This document shows positions 58,301-64,000 of a stretch of 64,000 nt of DNA, in pieces. The notes under the pieces are model-generated. The model was not told where the DNA came from. It worked only from the letters and a program-made list of their open reading frames with translations, and ran no database searches. The stretch comes from Elsinoe ampelina. Taxonomy: Eukaryota. Made by a program: the position numbers and the translations under genes. The stretch's first letter is position 1. Every line of letters begins with the position of its first letter. The stretch covers positions 808,273 through 872,272 of the forward strand of contig ML992505.1 in NCBI GenBank assembly GCA_010093995.1, read 5' to 3'.

Positions 58301-60416
58301 AGCCCTGGCTGCAGAAAAGTCTGTTCGCATTACCATCCTCGGTGGCGACGTCCATCTAGGTGCTATCGGACAATTCTACACGAGTAAGAAGTTGGGGCAC
58401 GTATCGAAGGATCATGATCATCGCTATATGCCCAACGTTGTCTCTTCTGCCATTGTCAACACTCCACCACCGATCATGATGAGCGACATTCTGAACAGAC
58501 GGAACAAGATTCACCACCTCGATGGCGAGACTGACGAAGACATGATACCTATGTTTGAACATGATGTCGATGGAAAGCCACGGAAGAACAAGACTCTATT
58601 GCCACGCAGGAACTACTGCACCATCAGGGAATACTTTCCCGGTTCCACACCCTCTCACAGTCCGGTTGAAGAAGAGCCACCTCTGCCTCCAAGGCGTCGC
58701 AGCAGAGATGACGAAAGTCGTAGATATCCTCCGGGATCAATGCTCAGGTCACGCTCGCCCGAGACACCCGAAGATGACCCTCGCCGTTATCCTCCTGGAT
58801 CCATGGGCGGCGGTCGATCTCGTTCTCTCACCCGGGATAGCTTCCGTCCTCGCAACCTGCTCCGACGTTTGTCAGGATCCAGATCTCGCAAGGAGAAAGA
58901 GGAGGAAGCTCAGCAGGAAGAAGAGGAGGCCCGTTCTCATCAGCGACGTTCTAGTCTCGGAGCTCAGCCGCGCAGGGATGACAACGGATCTTATTTCCCA
59001 GAGATGACTGCTGCAAACACAGAGACGAACACAAGTCCCAAAGCCACACGTCCGACCAACATGTTCCGCCGACGGCCTACTGATCTGTCGGATCAGGCAC
59101 TCTCAAAGCGCGGTAAAGCTGAAGAAGCTCTTCATGATCCTGATGAAGAGCATCCGGATGATATCAACCTGGAGTACGGTCTCGATATCTGTCTGAACAT
59201 GGAGGTCTCTCAATCAGACCCTGCAGGTATCACAGTTCCGTACCGACTCCTGGTGCCGGCGCTATCCTATGCTGGCCCACAAGATGCCAACAACACTCGT
59301 TTCCGTACTCGTCGGGCATCCCTGCTCGATCGGATTCGAGGTCGTGGTCAGCGTCAGGACGAATACGACTCTGGCAGCGACAGTCAAAGTGGAAGTTCAC
59401 GTTCAGCAAGTCCCAACAATGGTCCTCCCTTGCCTAATAGACCTGGCGGACATGGCCGACCTCTCCATCCAGACGACAGGCTCCAGTTCGCCGACCAGCA
59501 ATCGAGCCACAAGGATCCTCGCCGTGACTCGCGTCTGCCCAATGACTTTGATGGAACCAACGATGCTCCGCCACCCAAGCCGGCCCGTCTTCAACGCAAG
59601 TCTGTTCCAAGTCAGCAGCATGCCCACCCAGCCGCAAATGGCCCCACTATACATGATCAACAGCACTCTGCACCGCATGCAGCGACCGCTCCCCTACCCC
59701 GTCCTTCGATGGACAATCGCCGCCCCTCATCACAAGGCGGATACGCTCCCACAGAAGAGCTATACGACTATCCAGAGAAGAAGAAACTTGGCTTCTTCGG
59801 CTCACTCAAACGACGCTTTTCCTCCCGCCGACGAGGTGGCCGCGACGATGATCTAAGCGACGACCCTGACATGTACTCCAACTCCTCCGCCACGGGTAGC
59901 GAAGTCGACTTTACCCCTCCTGCGCGCCCACCGAACGCCGCCCCACCGGGCAACAGGGCCTCGCAAGGCAGGAACGACTCCCAAGCTGCCCAGGGTGGAA
60001 GAGGACCCTACTATCGCGCCTCGGACGAGCTCAGCCTCCGCAACGACGGCCGACTCAACAATCAAACGCGCGTCAGCTCGGCGCCCAACGGTCGCGGCCT
60101 GCACCAAAGCCAGCCCCACCATGACGAACAAAGAGAAAGAGGCCTGAGCACGGGTGAGAGGTTCTACCGCCCTAATCCCGCAGGGGAGACCAGACAGGGT
60201 GGGATCAGAGGGCAGGGAGATGAAGAGAGTGTGACGTTCAGCGACGTTGATAGTTTGGAGGAGAAGCCTAGGGGTGGTAGAGGGGGCAAGGCTGATAGGT
60301 TCTTTGGGGTGGGCGACGAGGGGAGGAGGGGAGGGGAGGAGGCTGATGGGCAGTGGGAGGATGGGTATGAGGAGAAGCCTGCGAGGAGGGGAAGTTTGAA
60401 GTTTTGGAAGCGTTAG
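55356..60416 (+). CDS. PhoD-like metallophosphatase-domain protein with long disordered termini
   Basis: 1686-aa ORF; MFHSCNGFS, GGGDQVYND, WDDHDIIDGYGSY, DCRTER, LDDLDDHW, GGDVHL. Confidence 0.85.
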   Translation: METSYRRQPKGSFSERAGYNPDLDYNADPHAADDALPAQRRQNTSAHRVREPQAALHVPKPRSYFPEPDASSPNDHSARHHRQPTRPTVSIPNNTSGQQFSPNVISPMDRTNQVRRSSLQDRSPLQKLEGKLGDISKEEKRARAEEAEHRARQKHAEKRGHRDARDQRRHVSDISQGFAGEQYANASAHRRNITDPSRRQHERYNEDVTQDAEVYPDMQGRTPSQKKRRSLADDGRRRFSQASEALREHSHSSRSDENSPDGTNGNHDFATRSPQDSRHADDIHRAHSRRVPQNQRNNIQDPAAVARSDSRRLQKNKATAEYPTGQRQASQIPHAQQQLQSDRVGTRAGGKNVNTDGDDDLIAPNTVLTNNAHGPTYQVPPQTATARDARSRVEPDFRAHQSGQGAPHGSNAVQRQPQRHSNPQIPVRTFDEWRTAGVAKLELEDLSLDDANTRNNRQNSRTHAAYDGAESKGPGNYQPALYVKCGPLLRYKGLRRERRSRQGDVVVERELWRGSIMLVTVDQHSSYSAPVLKLFAQPADLLHPPSNTRDLPSEYDDPVAGEVKPSRTGQPLYVKPIESIPGLVDLSQEEGDEGLFESYRSSDNKSRVKSRDGEKAGKFKEVKGARLHAERGLTFWRFNIEIELGLTQARIAYRINGGAATAFWVPARGSTMNIMFHSCNGFSLSVDPNSFSGPDPLWRDVLNSHAMKPYHVMIGGGDQVYNDRVMRETNLFREWLQIKNPQHKHEAEFTKEMQNELENFYLDRYSLWFSQGLFGMANSQIPMINMWDDHDIIDGYGSYPDHFMRNKVFTGLGAIAFKYYMLFQHQSVSAETFQEEPSWVLGASPGPYIHQHSRNVFMFLGRRVAFLGLDCRTERRRDEVLCQGTYDLIFNRCRAEIVKGETKHLIVLLTVPIAYPRLNFLENILTSRVMDPIKAIGRAGALGLGGMMNKFDGGVEILDDLDDHWTAKHHKQERNWFIQELQALAAEKSVRITILGGDVHLGAIGQFYTSKKLGHVSKDHDHRYMPNVVSSAIVNTPPPIMMSDILNRRNKIHHLDGETDEDMIPMFEHDVDGKPRKNKTLLPRRNYCTIREYFPGSTPSHSPVEEEPPLPPRRRSRDDESRRYPPGSMLRSRSPETPEDDPRRYPPGSMGGGRSRSLTRDSFRPRNLLRRLSGSRSRKEKEEEAQQEEEEARSHQRRSSLGAQPRRDDNGSYFPEMTAANTETNTSPKATRPTNMFRRRPTDLSDQALSKRGKAEEALHDPDEEHPDDINLEYGLDICLNMEVSQSDPAGITVPYRLLVPALSYAGPQDANNTRFRTRRASLLDRIRGRGQRQDEYDSGSDSQSGSSRSASPNNGPPLPNRPGGHGRPLHPDDRLQFADQQSSHKDPRRDSRLPNDFDGTNDAPPPKPARLQRKSVPSQQHAHPAANGPTIHDQQHSAPHAATAPLPRPSMDNRRPSSQGGYAPTEELYDYPEKKKLGFFGSLKRRFSSRRRGGRDDDLSDDPDMYSNSSATGSEVDFTPPARPPNAAPPGNRASQGRNDSQAAQGGRGPYYRASDELSLRNDGRLNNQTRVSSAPNGRGLHQSQPHHDEQRERGLSTGERFYRPNPAGETRQGGIRGQGDEESVTFSDVDSLEEKPRGGRGGKADRFFGVGDEGRRGGEEADGQWEDGYEEKPARRGSLKFWKR

Positions 60417-60800
60417 ATGGTGGTACAGGGGTGTTTCTTTGATGGTGGTCCGAGGGTGTTTCTTTGATGAAGGGGGGCATAGCGGGTTGCGTGCGTTTGA
60501 CTTTCGTGGTGTTAGATCGTGGCAGAGAACGGAATCATCTTTTCTCTCATTGTGGTTGCCTCTTCCTTTGATGTCTGTGTACTTGATCTCAAGTGTCTAC
60601 ATACGCCCACTGTTGCCGCACAACACGTCCTCCTAGCCCAGTCCAAGCCTCGACATTGGACCCTATAGCATCCCCATGTCCCCGTCCCCTGTCTTCCTTG
60701 GTATATACACTGTCACTCCCGTTCTCCTCTTTTCCTCCCCTCCCTTCCTCCTCTCCCCCCCCCCCCCCCCAAAAAACCCATGCAAGTCTCTATACACAAC

Positions 60801-62447
60801 CTACACAGTAATCATAACACTAGCATTCCCATACCAGCTCAACAACGGATTCTCCCCGTTCCTCGTCCGGGTATCCTCCACAAAAGCCCACCGCCGGAAG
60901 AAATCCTCATGCGTGCTCACCCTCGTCAGCTTGCCCGTGAGCGAGCGGTAGACGTCTTCCATGACGGCGAAATCGGTGGGGAAGAGGATGTCGAAGTAGC
61001 CTTGGTGGACCTTGGATCAATCAGTACCTGTTGGGGGGGGTGCGGACGGGGGGTCGGGGCAGGGAAGGGGGAAGGGGAGATGGGAGGGAGGGAGGGGTGA
61101 GACTTGGGGAGACATACCAGCGGCGTGCTCACGGGCACCATCCTTCGCTTATACCTCGTCTGCACGACGGGCCCACACCACCCTTCCACCGCGTCAGGCA
61201 GGGCGTGGAAATCGCTCGCCACCAGTCGGTGGTTGGGGAAGTACTCCCTCAGCACATCGAAGAATTGCATCAGACGGGTGGGGATGTATTCTGCCGCCTG
61301 GAGGTTGTACTGGAACGGCAACTTTTGCTTGATTCTGCGGGTGAGTTTCTGGTGCTGCATGGGGTGGAGATAGGGGTGGTCTGGTCTGCTGCATGCCTTG
61401 TCGCGGACACGCAGGAAGCGAGCCGCTACGGGATCGAGGGCAGGCGAGTCGAATTCGAAAAAGTCGCCCTGTGAATCGATGAGGACGTGCGCTTGCATGG
61501 GTTTTTGGCCTGAGGCGTCGTAGCGGATCAGGTCGTGGGCGAAGTTGTCCCAGACTTCGAGGGCGAGGAAGAAACACGGAGTCGGGAGGTACGTGTCCCA
61601 GTCGAAGATGGATTTGTTGATGATGGTGACTTTGTCGGCGTGGCCTTTGGCTGAGGCGGTGCGTTGGAGTTGTTGTGCTTGGAGGGAGGCGAGGTTGGAG
61701 GAGACTTCGATGACGCGGAACTGGGTGCGGGCGTAGACGTCTGGGTCGGTGGCGCGGATGTAGTCGAGGATGTTGAGCATGAGAGTGCCGTTGCCGGCGC
61801 CCATTTCGTAGATGAGCAGGTCGTGGTAGGGGTAGAGTTGGAGTTTGTAGTTGGATACTAGGTAACGGGCGATGGCTTCGCCGTAGTATGGTCTGAAGAG
61901 TTCGGTCGGGGTGTGCCATAGCTGCCGAGTCTCATCGTATTCCTTCTCGTCCAGGGCGTCCTCAAATTCGGTATACCTCCGGCCGAGTTCGCGGTGAAAT
62001 GATGCTTCATCTGGAAGCGTTCGGAAGTCGAATGGGTCACCGGGCGAGAAGATGACCGCTTGCTTTGAGAAGTAGCCATACGAGGGGTTGTACAGGCTGT
62101 CTAGGCGGTGTCAGCTGCGTCCTGTATCAACCTGTATGTGTCTGACCTTCAATGAAATCTCGCATGAGCATCTTCACTCTTCGCGGTCTTTCTCTCCGAT
62201 TTCGCAATTGATCCGATGTGACCATTGGTACCTTCTTGTACTCTTCCAACTTGTCCTCGGCCATGTAGTCCGTCCGTTGCTGCCATGAGCTTTCAGTCTT
62301 GCTCCGTTCAATTCTTCGGTGTATGCTGCGGGTCTGTATCGGTGCTACTCGGGGCACCGTGGGTCGAAGCGCATGGCGAGCGCATGCTGTGCAAGGCCTG
62401 TGTGTGAATAGTCGCTTAAACAAGCGGTCTAGCACTGCTGATTCCAT
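60801..62447 (-). CDS. Mitochondrial SAM-dependent methyltransferase (MidA/NDUFAF7-like family), 3 exons
   Basis: Presequence-like N-terminus; RDFIE|DSLYNPSYGYF, WHTPTELF, IYEMGAGNGTL, ALEVWDNFAHD; last exon GYFDILFPTDF...ENPLLSWYGNA. Confidence 0.88.
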
Positions 62448-62674
62448 GTGGTTTAGTGCAGTGTTTCAAGCATTCTTGTCTGGTTACTCAAACGTGATGC
62501 TCTCCGCATGTCGAGATGTGGCTGGTGAGAAGCACGCGCCACATTTGACCATAATATCAGATTCACATTAATCAGACCATCCATGTCTCTTCGCAACAGG
62601 GTATCTCGGATTCACGCTGAAACGATGGCTATAGATTTATGACGCGTATTTGAAAATACTGTAACGACTTCATC

Positions 62675-64000
<1,326 letters not shown>

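Overview
Eukaryotic, intron-containing, gene-dense DNA from a filamentous ascomycete (Pezizomycotina-type genes and splice signals; species not determinable here). About 22 host genes, mostly housekeeping, surround one 10.5-kb AT-rich, RIP-mutated island (5010-15560). The island resolves into a nested pair. The outer element is a Tc1/mariner DD34E DNA transposon (39-bp TIRs, TA target duplication) that carries an unexpected convergent second gene of ~567 aa (coiled coil, Cys/His/Trp motif, SAM-like C-terminus). A complete 7.0-kb Ty3/Gypsy chromovirus (463-bp LTRs, GTTAG TSD) has inserted into its transposase gene and itself carries an antisense Zn2Cys6-plus-coiled-coil ORF between pol and the 3' LTR. 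Other points of note: a ~1832-aa secreted CE1-esterase/5xPAN-Apple/mucin-like protein with a KR-flanked insert and FSGSSYV repeats; a recurring C/A-rich to G/T-rich strand-skew switch that ignores gene orientation; a probable AUG-less mitochondrial extension and a GC-AG intron in valyl-tRNA synthetase; and a 110-nt poly-C run. Translations of RIPed sequence are my manual back-corrections (C/T, G/A reversions), and no database searches were run.
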